A DNA stretch of 64,000 nt. Origin: an uncultured delta proteobacterium. GTDB taxonomy: Bacteria > Desulfobacterota > Desulfuromonadia > Geobacterales > DSM-12255. Shown here one piece after another: positions 46,404-55,914 of this stretch. The DNA lies in assembly GCA_963787125.1 (NCBI GenBank), contig CAWBBV010000012.1:256001-320000 (forward strand). Direction: 5' to 3'. Under the pieces are notes generated by a model. The model worked only from the letters and a program-made list of their open reading frames with translations, made no database searches and was not told the origin of the DNA. Both the position numbers and the translations under genes were made by a program. How positions within the stretch are numbered: the first letter of the stretch is position 1; each line of letters begins with the position of its first letter.

Positions 46404-48653
46404 TCAGTTGAGTTCTGCTAAAAGTGTTCGCGCTTCGCGAATTGATGCGAACTTTTCGATGCGAAGGGCTTTCTGTAAATGAACAGTAGCCTGCTTTTTA
46501 TCACCGCTTGCCTTATGAGCAAGGGCAAGATGATAGTTGACCGTTGGATCGTCAGGAAGGAGTGCCACGGCCTTTTCCAGATATTGAAGAGCTTCAGGAA
46601 AACGATTGTTTTTCAGGAGTGCATAACCGACAGTATCCATGATTCCCGGGTTTGCGGGTTCCAAAGCAATGGCGTTCTCTGCCAACTGCAGTGCTTCTTC
46701 TTTTCTTCCGAAACCCTCAAGATAAAGGTAGGCAATATTGTTAAGTGGGGCAGCATATTTTGCAGATTGCGCCAAAGCAGCACGATATTTAGTGATAGCC
46801 TCTTTTTTAAGACCCTGTGATTCCAGAAATGTCCCCTGGGTAAAATAGGCTGGAGCATATTCCGGGCGTTTCTGAATAAGTTCATCACAGCTCTTCTGGG
46901 CCATGTCATGATTTCCTTTCCGGAAATACATCGATGCCAGTGCTATATAGGCGGCAGGGTCCTGGGTTTCCTTTGCTTTTTGATACCAGGCTACCGCTTC
47001 ATCATCCCGTTTGGTTGATTCCATAAGAGTTGCCATTCTGAGCATTGCCTTTACATTTCGCGGCTCCCTCTGCAAAACTGTCGTATACTCATTCTGTGCT
47101 TTACCATGGTCATGCTGACCGATGTAATATGCTGCGAGCATGAAAAATGGTAGAACTGAGCCACTATCACTCTCTTTTGCTTTTGTGAGGTAGCTCACTG
47201 CTTCTAAAGGTCTGTCATCAGCAAACTTAAGACGCGCCATACCGCAATAAAGGAGAGCATCCGTTTTCTTGCCGGTCAACCCATCCCTTAAAACTGTAAA
47301 TGCTTTATTACGATTATTACGGGACTCATGGTAAGAAGCGAGGATCAGCCTTGAATTGAGCAGTTCCGGCGCGACCCGGACTGCTGTCGCCAGATCGATC
47401 TCAACTTCTGCTGTCTTGCCTTTACTCAGATGCAACATCCCTTTCTTCAGATAAGCATCCACTAGTTTTGGCTCCAGCTTTATAGCCGTGTCGAGTTCGC
47501 GTAAACCTTCATCAAGCATTCCTTTCGCTATATAGGCGCTGCCAAGCATATTATGGGCCTGCGGATTTTTAGCATCCGTTTCAAGGACTCTGGTTAACTC
47601 GGTAACTGCATCATCAACCCTTTTCTGCTGGAGCAGAATAGTCCCGACAAGCAACCTGGCCTGATGAAACGCCGGTGCTTGATCCAGAATATGCCTGAAT
47701 TGGTTCATGGCGCTTTCCAGATCGCCATTGCCATAGAGACTAAGGCCGAGGAAATAGTAGCCGGGGATTGACTGTTGTATTTTATTAGCGTGCTGTAGAG
47801 ATGTAATGGCCTCCTTGAAATTTTTATTACGGTAGTAAGCAATCCCCTGTAAACGATATCCTTCAGCATTTGCTGGAAATTTTTTAATGAGTTCTACTGC
47901 AACTGATTCTGCTATGGCGGTACGACCGAGCTCAAAATCGAGCAATCCCGCCTTGTAGGCAGCAATCTGATCTGAAGGGTTAATCGCTTCCAGCTTTTTA
48001 TAAATGACATGAGCCTGCTCTTTTTCACCGCGTATAATCATTAAGTCAGCTTGAAGATAAAGTGCCCGCACGTTCTTCGGATTGACTGTAGTTATTTCCT
48101 GGAGCAATTCTTCCGCCTGAGCCATTCTCCTCTCTCTGACATAAAGACCTGCCAACTCCAGCTTGGCACTTATTTTTGCAGGATCTATTTTCAGAACACG
48201 CAGAAAATATATTTCGGCGTCCTGTGGCATTTTCTTTAATACGTATGCAATGGCAATCACTTCCATTGCGTCAGCAGAATCCTTTTCTATTAATAAATGC
48301 TCGTTAGCATGATTTATCGCTTGATCAGGCTTTCCGAGGTTATTGCTCAACCTTGCCAGATCCAGATAAATCCCGGGCTGATTCGGGTTCAGCAGTTTGA
48401 CTTTTTGAAACTCTTTTTCTGCGAGTTCATATTTTTTTTCTGACTGATATGCACGTGCAAGCTCGTAACGAGCGTCCAGGTAATTCTGATTCTTTTCCAG
48501 GGCATTTTTGAAAAGGACTATTGCTCCACCTGGCTTCCCTTCACGCAGTAACTTGACACCTTCCGAGTAGAGCTCTTCACTGGTTTTCCACACACATCCT
48601 GCAGAAACAGCTGTTATGAGCAGCACCATGATGATCGTAATTTGCTTGAACAC
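46404..48653 (-). CDS. prsT: PEP-CTERM system TPR-repeat lipoprotein
   Basis: GTG 48653 after GGAGGA; lipobox VSAGC; AIVLFKNALEKN; many TPRs; LNNIAYLY..DTVG..YHLA C-terminus. Confidence 0.85.
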   Translation of the reverse strand: MFKQITIIMVLLITAVSAGCVWKTSEELYSEGVKLLREGKPGGAIVLFKNALEKNQNYLDARYELARAYQSEKKYELAEKEFQKVKLLNPNQPGIYLDLARLSNNLGKPDQAINHANEHLLIEKDSADAMEVIAIAYVLKKMPQDAEIYFLRVLKIDPAKISAKLELAGLYVRERRMAQAEELLQEITTVNPKNVRALYLQADLMIIRGEKEQAHVIYKKLEAINPSDQIAAYKAGLLDFELGRTAIAESVAVELIKKFPANAEGYRLQGIAYYRNKNFKEAITSLQHANKIQQSIPGYYFLGLSLYGNGDLESAMNQFRHILDQAPAFHQARLLVGTILLQQKRVDDAVTELTRVLETDAKNPQAHNMLGSAYIAKGMLDEGLRELDTAIKLEPKLVDAYLKKGMLHLSKGKTAEVEIDLATAVRVAPELLNSRLILASYHESRNNRNKAFTVLRDGLTGKKTDALLYCGMARLKFADDRPLEAVSYLTKAKESDSGSVLPFFMLAAYYIGQHDHGKAQNEYTTVLQREPRNVKAMLRMATLMESTKRDDEAVAWYQKAKETQDPAAYIALASMYFRKGNHDMAQKSCDELIQKRPEYAPAYFTQGTFLESQGLKKEAITKYRAALAQSAKYAAPLNNIAYLYLEGFGRKEEALQLAENAIALEPANPGIMDTVGYALLKNNRFPEALQYLEKAVALLPDDPTVNYHLALAHKASGDKKQATVHLQKALRIEKFASIREARTLLAELN

Positions 48654-48710
48654 AGCACTATCCTCCAATTAACCTGATTTCAAACGACGACATGTTGTGT
48701 TTTATATATA

Positions 48711-48726
48711 ACCACAGACTGTGCCA
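48711..48726 (-). promoter_or_regulatory. Sigma-54 promoter candidate (TGGCAC-AGTCT-GTGGT)
   Basis: Perfect -24 box upstream of the prsT-EPS operon; variant -12. Confidence 0.5.
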
Positions 48727-48940
48727 TCTACTTAAGACCGGTAGTAAGCAATAATTACAGCTAGATAGACGATTATTGTCTGATAAGAGCTTGTTAAGGG
48801 AGACTTAATTGAAAGGCTGAAGGTTTATAAATGCATGAATATTCGGGAGAGTGTTCCAGAGTAAAAAACATGACAAGTGTTAAGAGTGTTGCAGCAGCAG
48901 TACAATCAGCACACATCCTGTAATGAATTAACTACTACTT

Positions 48941-48957
48941 TGTCGGTTAACTTTACG
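48941..48957 (+). promoter_or_regulatory. Enhancer candidate (TGTCG-N7-TTACG)
   Basis: TGTCGGTTAACTTTACG, 61 bp upstream of TGGCAC at 49019. Confidence 0.6.
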
Positions 48958-49018
48958 TATTGTCAGCCAATGCAAATGTAATAGTGGTAAAACTGCGTGA
49001 TTCAAACCAGTTAACAGT

Positions 49019-49034
49019 TGGCACATCAGTTGCT
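49019..49034 (+). promoter_or_regulatory. Sigma-54 promoter (TGGCAC-ATCAG-TTGCT)
   Basis: Full consensus match upstream of the GGDEF-Crp pair. Confidence 0.82.
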
Positions 49035-49070
49035 TATCTGCATTTGTGACTTGGTTTAATGGAGGTGGGG

Positions 49071-50555
49071 ATGACAACGAATGCTAGAATACTGTTGGTT
49101 GAGGACGACGGCATTGCTGCGCGTCATCTGAATCAGTCACTGCCCAGGATCGGATACCAGATCACGGCCGTGGTTCAGACAGGAGAAGAAGTTCTCAAAA
49201 AGGTTGAAGAGACTAAGCCTGATATTATTCTCATGGATATTACCCTGGGCGGGAAGATGGATGGAATTAGTGCCGTGAAAAAGATACAAGCCCAGATTGA
49301 CATTCCCGTTATCTATTTGACTGCAAACTCCGACAGCCAGGTTTTCGAACGGGCAAAAAGCACTGAACCATACGCGTATCTTGTAAAACCATACGAAATA
49401 TTTCAACTTCAAAATGCTATCGAGATAGCGCTATACAGGCATAAGGTGAAGAATGAGCTTAAAGCCAGTGAAAACAGGTACCGCACAATATTTGAGGTCA
49501 GCGATAATGCCATGATGCTGGTCGATAATAATTCAACTATCATTATGATTAATGAGCAATTCGAAAATTTGACCGGGTGCTCCAAGTCATCTGCTGAAAA
49601 ACTGAAGAGTTGGCCTGAGTTTTTTGCAGAAAGTGAACGCACCAAAGTTGCAGAACGCCTCGAACAATCGGACTCTGACGTTTTTAAAAAACTCGATCAT
49701 TTCGAATCGTTAATCGTTGACTCCCAGGGAAACACAAAAACTGTCTATACCAATGTCAGAAAAATCCCCGGGACTAATACCAGCATTGTTTCGATGAGCG
49801 ATATTTCTGAACTCAAACGGGCTGAGAACGAGATACACCAGTTAAATATTGAACTAAGCGCTAAAAACAAAGGACTTAATCAGGAAATATTTTTACGGGA
49901 ACGAGTCGAAAAACAGCTTCGCTATAAAGCCACCCACGATCATCTTACCGGCCTGCCCAATAGAGTTCTGCTCTTTGACCGCTTGAAACAGGCGTTCGCT
50001 TTCGAGGAGCGCCATAACACTCTCGTTGCACTAATGATTCTCGATCTCGATAATTTCAAGAGCATTAACGATAGCATGGGGCACCTGTCCGGAGATGTGC
50101 TTTTAAAAAAAGTGGCACTGGTACTCCAGAAATGCATGCGCCAGTATGATACTGTTGGTCGTTTGGGTGGTGATGAATTTGTCATCATCATTAACGATGC
50201 AGACACAATCAGAGATATCATTTCATTTACCGAAAAAATTCAAGCACTCTTTCATGAACCTTTCGATATTCTCGGCAAGCAAACATATGTAACAACCAGC
50301 ATAGGCGTCGCCATCTATCCACTCCATGGTTACAATATTGAAACTCTCCTGAAAAAAGCAGATATGGCAATGTATGTCGCCAAAAATTCCGGAAGAAACA
50401 CATACAGACTTTTCTCGGAGTCAATGGATATAGCTGATTCAACCCAAAAAATCCTGCGGACAAAAAGACGGATTTCTCTTCTTGGAAAATCTATAGAAGA
50501 TGAATTTCTGCCTAATGTTTCAGTAACCCAATCTAAAGAGCAGTTAGCTCATTAA
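49071..50555 (+). CDS. Diguanylate cyclase (REC-PAS-GGDEF)
   Basis: REC (VEDD, LMDI, VKP), PAS, DHLTGLPNR, FKSINDSMGHLSGD, RQYD I-site, RLGGDEF. Confidence 0.92.
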   Translation: MTTNARILLVEDDGIAARHLNQSLPRIGYQITAVVQTGEEVLKKVEETKPDIILMDITLGGKMDGISAVKKIQAQIDIPVIYLTANSDSQVFERAKSTEPYAYLVKPYEIFQLQNAIEIALYRHKVKNELKASENRYRTIFEVSDNAMMLVDNNSTIIMINEQFENLTGCSKSSAEKLKSWPEFFAESERTKVAERLEQSDSDVFKKLDHFESLIVDSQGNTKTVYTNVRKIPGTNTSIVSMSDISELKRAENEIHQLNIELSAKNKGLNQEIFLRERVEKQLRYKATHDHLTGLPNRVLLFDRLKQAFAFEERHNTLVALMILDLDNFKSINDSMGHLSGDVLLKKVALVLQKCMRQYDTVGRLGGDEFVIIINDADTIRDIISFTEKIQALFHEPFDILGKQTYVTTSIGVAIYPLHGYNIETLLKKADMAMYVAKNSGRNTYRLFSESMDIADSTQKILRTKRRISLLGKSIEDEFLPNVSVTQSKEQLAH

Positions 50556-50565
50556 TGGGAAAATC

Positions 50566-51258
50566 ATGAAAAGCCGGGATACCCACAACCATTCAAAAAC
50601 GCTTGAACATATTCCCCTCTTCTCTTGCATGTTCAAGGACGATAAAAATAAACTCAACCAGATCATTCAAGAGCGTTTTTTCAAAAGAAATTCAGTAATT
50701 CTTATGGAAGAAGATTCGAAGAATTTTATGTATGTCATTTTTTCCGGGAAGATAAAGGTAGTTCGAATAACAGCCGATGGTAAGGAGCAGATTCTGGTTA
50801 TCCGTAAGCGCGGCGATTTTTTTGGAGAAATGACGCTGTTGGATGGGAAATCTCAACCGGCGACGATAGTGGCGATGGAAGATGCCACCGTAGGGTTGAT
50901 TTCAAAAAATGATTTTGAGCAGTATTTCATGAAAGATGCAAATATATTAAAACAGATAATTTCAATGCTCTGCGAACGGCTCAGAGAGTCATGGGTAATG
51001 CTGCGGGTACTCGGACTGACAGATGCTGAAGCCAGAGTAAGGGCGGTTCTTGCTCACATCAGCTCTGTTTACGGTATAAAAGACGTAAGGGGAGTCCTGA
51101 TACCAATAAAACTTACCCATAAGGAAATAGCTGAGTTTGCTTCACTTGCCAGGGAAACGGTCAGCAGATTGTTGACACGGCTTTGTCAATCAGGCGAGAT
51201 AGAGATTATCGACGGGAAAAATATCATCATCAAACCATCATTTGAAGTGCTCAAATAG
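50566..51258 (+). CDS. Crp/Fnr-family transcriptional regulator
   Basis: cNMP-binding fold (SGKIKV, GDFFGEM), HTH LTHKEIA..ARETVSRLL. Confidence 0.9.
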   Translation: MKSRDTHNHSKTLEHIPLFSCMFKDDKNKLNQIIQERFFKRNSVILMEEDSKNFMYVIFSGKIKVVRITADGKEQILVIRKRGDFFGEMTLLDGKSQPATIVAMEDATVGLISKNDFEQYFMKDANILKQIISMLCERLRESWVMLRVLGLTDAEARVRAVLAHISSVYGIKDVRGVLIPIKLTHKEIAEFASLARETVSRLLTRLCQSGEIEIIDGKNIIIKPSFEVLK

Positions 51259-51293
51259 TATTATCGTCAGTCAAGGGAGTGATTCCCTGGTCG

Positions 51294-51560
51294 CTAGCCG
51301 AAGAACCGCAGTCCGACTTTAGGCGAACTGATCCGTACTACTTTGCCGTAATACTCATTGGGGCAAAACGCCTGATCTCCACATAATAGCAAACTGCAAG
51401 TATCTCCCAACTCAACAACGCAGGAAAGTGAGTTTGTCGTCGTCACAAGAGCCCCTGAAATCGACAGATTTTCAAGTTCGCAGTTATATTTTGAGCCATT
51501 ATGAATGACCAGACATTTGGATATAAGTGGCAATCTCTCTTCAGATCTCTTCTCTATCAT
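51294..51560 (-). CDS. Stand-alone PilZ-domain protein
   Basis: EKRSEER (RxxxR), ENLSISGA (D/NxSxxG), GKVVR, GLRF. Confidence 0.85.
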   Translation of the reverse strand: MIEKRSEERLPLISKCLVIHNGSKYNCELENLSISGALVTTTNSLSCVVELGDTCSLLLCGDQAFCPNEYYGKVVRISSPKVGLRFFG

Positions 51561-51605
51561 AATATCAAAACTCCTACCTCACACCCTAAGCTAGTAAGCT
51601 AGCAA

Positions 51606-54077
51606 CTACTTATTGCTCAGGCTCATGCCTTTCATATCGTCCACATATGCCTTGACCACTGGCAATTCACGCTCGAGAGCACTGACAAGCTCTCGGACAT
51701 GATCATGGTTGTCCAGGATCGCTTTGTCCTGAAGACTTGAGCAAATTTCAGAAAGCTTTTGCAATCCCAGAGTTCTGCTCCCACCAAGTAAGTAATGGGC
51801 AGTCTGGTACAACTCCGATGAGTTATTATTCTTGATTGCCGCATATAGTGCCGGAATATTTTTTTCTACATTTTCCAGATAAGGTTCAATGACAGCCGGC
51901 ACAAAATCTTTACCGGTTTTTTCAAATATGCGGATCATCTTCTGCAGACGCGAAGTATCAAATATGTTGCCAGCTTCGGGCGCATAAACTACTCGTTCAT
52001 TCTGAGGCAAAGGTGTATTAAATTCATTGTTAAGATTAAGTTTTGACCAGCGGGCAACTATTTCCTCAATTTTACTGGAACTTACAGGTTTACTCAGATA
52101 ATCATCCATCCCAGCGGCAAGACAATGCTCCCTGAACCCTTTGATGGCATTGGCAGTGAGAGCGACTATAATGGTATGAGACTTGATCCCCTCCATGCGT
52201 CTGATCTCGGTTGTTGCCTCAAACCCGTTCAAATCCGGCATATTGCAGTCCATAAAAACAATATCGTATTTAAAGCGACTGACCATAGCAACAGCTTCCC
52301 TGCCACATGACACCAGATCAACCTTACAACCGATTAACTGGAGCATGGTAGCCGCAACAATCTGACTGGAAGGGTTATCTTCAGCTACCAGAACATGCAT
52401 CTGATTGTAAAGATCCTTATACTGGAGCCCATCGTTAATATTTTTGTAGATTTCTTTATCAACAACAGCGACGGCGCTGACAGGCTGCTCTACCGGATAT
52501 TGCTGGTAGCGAGGCAACGTCAGGCTGAACCAGAAAGTAGAACCCTTACCAATAATGCTTTCAACACCGATTGTCCCACCCATCAATTCCACTAGACTCT
52601 TGCTGATAGCCAGGCCAAGCCCGGTACCAGAAATATGCCGTTGCAGAGGGGTGTCGACTTGATAAAATTTCTGAAACAGAAATGGAATAGCTTCTGCCGG
52701 AATTCCGGTCCCGGTATCGATGATATTTATTCGGAGAAAAGCTTTTACATTGCTGGCGCAGAGGCATTGAATGTCTACTAAAATACGGCCTTGATTGGTA
52801 AATTTGAATGCATTGCCAATAAGGTTAACCAATACCTGCCTGATACGCCCAGAATCCCCGACAAGATGAGTCGGTATGTCAGGAGAACAGTTGATAACCA
52901 GTTCCAACTGTTTTTCGACAGTTTTTACTGTAAAGATTTCAACTACGTTTTCGCAGAGTGCGCGTAAATCAAAGGGTGCGGGCTTGATTTCAATTTTTCC
53001 TGACTCAACTTTAGAGAAATCAAGGATGTCATTGATTATATCAAGGAGCGTATTCGCAGAGTTGAGTATGCCACAGGTAAAAAGATGTTGCTGCTCAGAT
53101 AAAACTGTTTTTAAGAGCAGTTCTGACATGCCGAGAATGCTGTTCATCGGAGTGCGGATTTCATGGCTCATCGTTGCAAGAAAGTCGCTTTTCGCCTGAT
53201 TGGCAATTTCAGCAAGATTGTGGGCATCAATTAGTTCATGGGACTGATGAATTATCAGATCTTGCGAAGTTTTCAATTCGTTCATGTAACGTAGAACTTT
53301 TTCATCTGCAAGTTTACGCTCAGTAAAATCTCTGACAATGACAATATTTTCATCTTCCCCGCTACGGACAGAACGCAGCTCCAGAAATCTCGGTTTACGT
53401 TGAACTAAAAAATTAAAGCAGAGCTGTAAATCGTCGCTGCGAAGTCCATCGCAAATCTGCTTAAAGTTATCGGCTTCTGCATCATGTGAAAAGACGTCAG
53501 TAATTTTTACTCCGATCAGATCATCGGCAAGAAAAGAAAAATCACCAGAGTCAGGTTTTTGGCAGTAAATAATTGTGCCATCATTACGGCAGGAGAGAAT
53601 CAGATCTGGAATAGCTTTCAGCAGCGCCCGAGTTTTAAGTTCGTTCTGTCGCAGTTCATTCTCCATCTTTTCATGGATAAGCTCCTGCGAGCGCTTATAG
53701 ATGGCCATATCTATACAATGCTTGAGATGGTTAAGATTGATAGGCTTTTCAAGAAATGCATAGCTATTGGATACTTTACTACGATTAAATGTGCTGTCAT
53801 CGCAATGAGCTGTGAGGAAAATTACCGGAATATCCTGAGTTTCACAAATCTGCCTCGCAGTTGCGACTCCATCTACTTCTCCCTTTAGCGAAACATCCAT
53901 CAGAATCAGATCAGGGAGAATTGCTAATGCAGTACGAATGGCCTCATTCCCATTGTCAACGATTGCAGCTACATCGTAGCCGAGTCGAACAATTGACCTG
54001 CCGAGCATTTTAGAGGTCGCTAAATCATCCTCAACTATCATAATCCTTGGTAGCTGCATAATTTTCATCTCTTCCAT
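51606..54077 (-). CDS. Hybrid histidine kinase (REC-PAS-HisKA-HATPase-REC-Hpt)
   Basis: N-terminal [32 protein letters not shown] (FMDCNMP, SKP), Hpt AHYLLGGS. Confidence 0.9.
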   Translation of the reverse strand: MEEMKIMQLPRIMIVEDDLATSKMLGRSIVRLGYDVAAIVDNGNEAIRTALAILPDLILMDVSLKGEVDGVATARQICETQDIPVIFLTAHCDDSTFNRSKVSNSYAFLEKPINLNHLKHCIDMAIYKRSQELIHEKMENELRQNELKTRALLKAIPDLILSCRNDGTIIYCQKPDSGDFSFLADDLIGVKITDVFSHDAEADNFKQICDGLRSDDLQLCFNFLVQRKPRFLELRSVRSGEDENIVIVRDFTERKLADEKVLRYMNELKTSQDLIIHQSHELIDAHNLAEIANQAKSDFLATMSHEIRTPMNSILGMSELLLKTVLSEQQHLFTCGILNSANTLLDIINDILDFSKVESGKIEIKPAPFDLRALCENVVEIFTVKTVEKQLELVINCSPDIPTHLVGDSGRIRQVLVNLIGNAFKFTNQGRILVDIQCLCASNVKAFLRINIIDTGTGIPAEAIPFLFQKFYQVDTPLQRHISGTGLGLAISKSLVELMGGTIGVESIIGKGSTFWFSLTLPRYQQYPVEQPVSAVAVVDKEIYKNINDGLQYKDLYNQMHVLVAEDNPSSQIVAATMLQLIGCKVDLVSCGREAVAMVSRFKYDIVFMDCNMPDLNGFEATTEIRRMEGIKSHTIIVALTANAIKGFREHCLAAGMDDYLSKPVSSSKIEEIVARWSKLNLNNEFNTPLPQNERVVYAPEAGNIFDTSRLQKMIRIFEKTGKDFVPAVIEPYLENVEKNIPALYAAIKNNNSSELYQTAHYLLGGSRTLGLQKLSEICSSLQDKAILDNHDHVRELVSALERELPVVKAYVDDMKGMSLSNK

Positions 54078-54168
54078 ATGGTTAGCGTTAATTAATTAGT
54101 TGTTGATTATATGTGCAATTAACTGTTCTGTAAATGATATTAGTCATATTTGCAAATAGTTTAGATAT

Positions 54169-54375
54169 TCAGCTTGAATAATAACGTTTGAAGTTCCGAC
54201 ATTCCTGCCCTGTTGTTGAACAGTTCCATATCTGCTGATCCGAGCAAAATAAACAAGGGGGTTCAGGATCACCAGTCGAACTGCTGATCTTATGCTGTAA
54301 GCCACGGTACTCTTCTGCGAATAAATGCTCGGCCCTTATCAGATTCTCTGAAATGTTTTGCACGACTGACTCCAT
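54169..54375 (-). CDS. Small Cys-rich hypothetical protein (68 aa)
   Basis: MESVVQN...PPCLFC-x7-C-x6-CRNFKRYY; overlaps the end of the GlmS-like gene; weak RBS. Confidence 0.5.
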   Translation of the reverse strand: MESVVQNISENLIRAEHLFAEEYRGLQHKISSSTGDPEPPCLFCSDQQIWNCSTTGQECRNFKRYYSS

Positions 54376-55607
54376 TCTTTTCTGGTTTGGTTTACACAAC
54401 CATGCGTATTTCTCAGCAAAGGCATCTGCTTATCTACACTTTTACCTTTTAATATCGCAATCTTATACGCCATTAACTGTAGCGTAACTACACTCAGAAT
54501 CGAAGACAAAGAATTTCCAGACCAGGGGATATGAATTGTAAACTCGGCACGCCGGCCACTCTCCTGGTCACCCTCTGAACAGAATACAATCACCTTGTAA
54601 CCGCTGTTAACCAGGGCATTTATGCAGGACCTTACTTTTGGCAGATGCATGTTGTTTGGAGCCAGGACAAAAACCGGCACCTCTCTGACAATCGGCTGAT
54701 GTGCACAATAATTCAGTTCGCCCACGACAAATCCTTCTGTATGGATATGTGACATTTCCTTTAGATTCAATGCGCCTTCAAGCGCCATAGAGTGATTGAT
54801 TCCGCTTCCAAGGCAAATGGCATAAGGTGAGGTTAAGTAATCACAAGCGACCTCTTCCAGGAGTGGATCAAGCGCCAGTGTCCTGTCTATCAAGGCCGGG
54901 AGATTTGCTACTCCCGCAACCATATCCCGGCCATTATCAAGGTTTATGCTACCGTTGGCACGTCCAAGTCTGATAGCTAACAGATAAAGTATTACAAATT
55001 GGGCAGTAAATGATTTTGTTGGTACGATCCCATTTTCGAGGCCGGTATATGTACAAATCACCCCATCTGCTTCAGATGTAAGAGCTGAGTCAGTATCATT
55101 GCAAATTAAAACAATATAGGCGCCCTTTAGTCTGGCATCGCGGAGCTCTGGTACAATATCGGCTGAACAAAAAGTCGGAGAAAAGGCGATCACCAGCGCT
55201 TTTTCTGAAACTGATGGATTCGGACTATTTACTTTGGAAACCAAATCAATAGTCACAGGCAATTGACAAAGTTCTTCGAGTAGGAATTTGCCGGCCAGCG
55301 CAGCATATCTGTAGTGATCGTTGGTAACAATACTGATCCGCTCAAAAGATTTCAGCACGCTATCCTTCAAGTTAAACCCTTCGAGAAAAACATCCCCATC
55401 ATCCACTAACAAGCGATCTGCTATTGCCTTTTTAACAGCCTCAGGTTGCTCATAAATTTCTTTCAGCATGAAGTTCGGGTAACTGTGAGTTTTTGATTTT
55501 TGTTGAGGCAAGTTTCTATTTTTACACTGGGACTTTGACCAATCTGCGCCAAAAAAACCTGTATGTGCACTGTATTCCGTATAAGTTGTCGTCTCGACAT
55601 ATGCCAT
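54339..55607 (-). CDS. GlmS-derived double-SIS protein lacking glutaminase domain, active site degenerate
   Basis: FMLKEIYEQP, PTKSFTAQ, ALEGALNLKEMSHIHTEG, LQLMAYKIA..G.SVD; RBS GGAGG. Confidence 0.8.
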   Translation of the reverse strand: MAYVETTTYTEYSAHTGFFGADWSKSQCKNRNLPQQKSKTHSYPNFMLKEIYEQPEAVKKAIADRLLVDDGDVFLEGFNLKDSVLKSFERISIVTNDHYRYAALAGKFLLEELCQLPVTIDLVSKVNSPNPSVSEKALVIAFSPTFCSADIVPELRDARLKGAYIVLICNDTDSALTSEADGVICTYTGLENGIVPTKSFTAQFVILYLLAIRLGRANGSINLDNGRDMVAGVANLPALIDRTLALDPLLEEVACDYLTSPYAICLGSGINHSMALEGALNLKEMSHIHTEGFVVGELNYCAHQPIVREVPVFVLAPNNMHLPKVRSCINALVNSGYKVIVFCSEGDQESGRRAEFTIHIPWSGNSLSSILSVVTLQLMAYKIAILKGKSVDKQMPLLRNTHGCVNQTRKEWSQSCKTFQRI

Positions 55608-55689
55608 GGAATCAGATCCCTCCTATCTTCTTATCGCGAAATAAATTCATAATTCCAGCGAATACACACCTGACTGCAATAAATGCATC

Positions 55690-55705
55690 TACACATAATG
55701 TGCCA
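55690..55705 (-). promoter_or_regulatory. Sigma-54 promoter candidate (TGGCAC-ATTAT-GTGTA)
   Basis: Perfect -24 box upstream of the GlmS-like gene; variant -12. Confidence 0.5.
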
Positions 55706-55914
55706 GTAGCAGTTATCAGAATAACTGTTGCAATATCGGGATGTTGGAGTGTCAAAGTTGAAATGGGCAGCGATAGCTGAGAGAACAAATTTATCGGGGT
55801 GTTACAGTAAACGCTGAAGGCAGCGGTAACGGCATTGATTTCGCAAATAGTTACATATTTTACTACTGTTAACTTTGTAGCGGTGATATGAGCGGTATTA
55901 TTTGTAATCGATAT

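Noticed and set aside
49071..50555. Hypr-type (GacA-like) 3',3'-cGAMP synthase
   Set aside because: Specificity position reads GHLSGD (Asp), the c-di-GMP type, not the Ser of Hypr GGDEFs; no GEMM-I riboswitch seen in the window.
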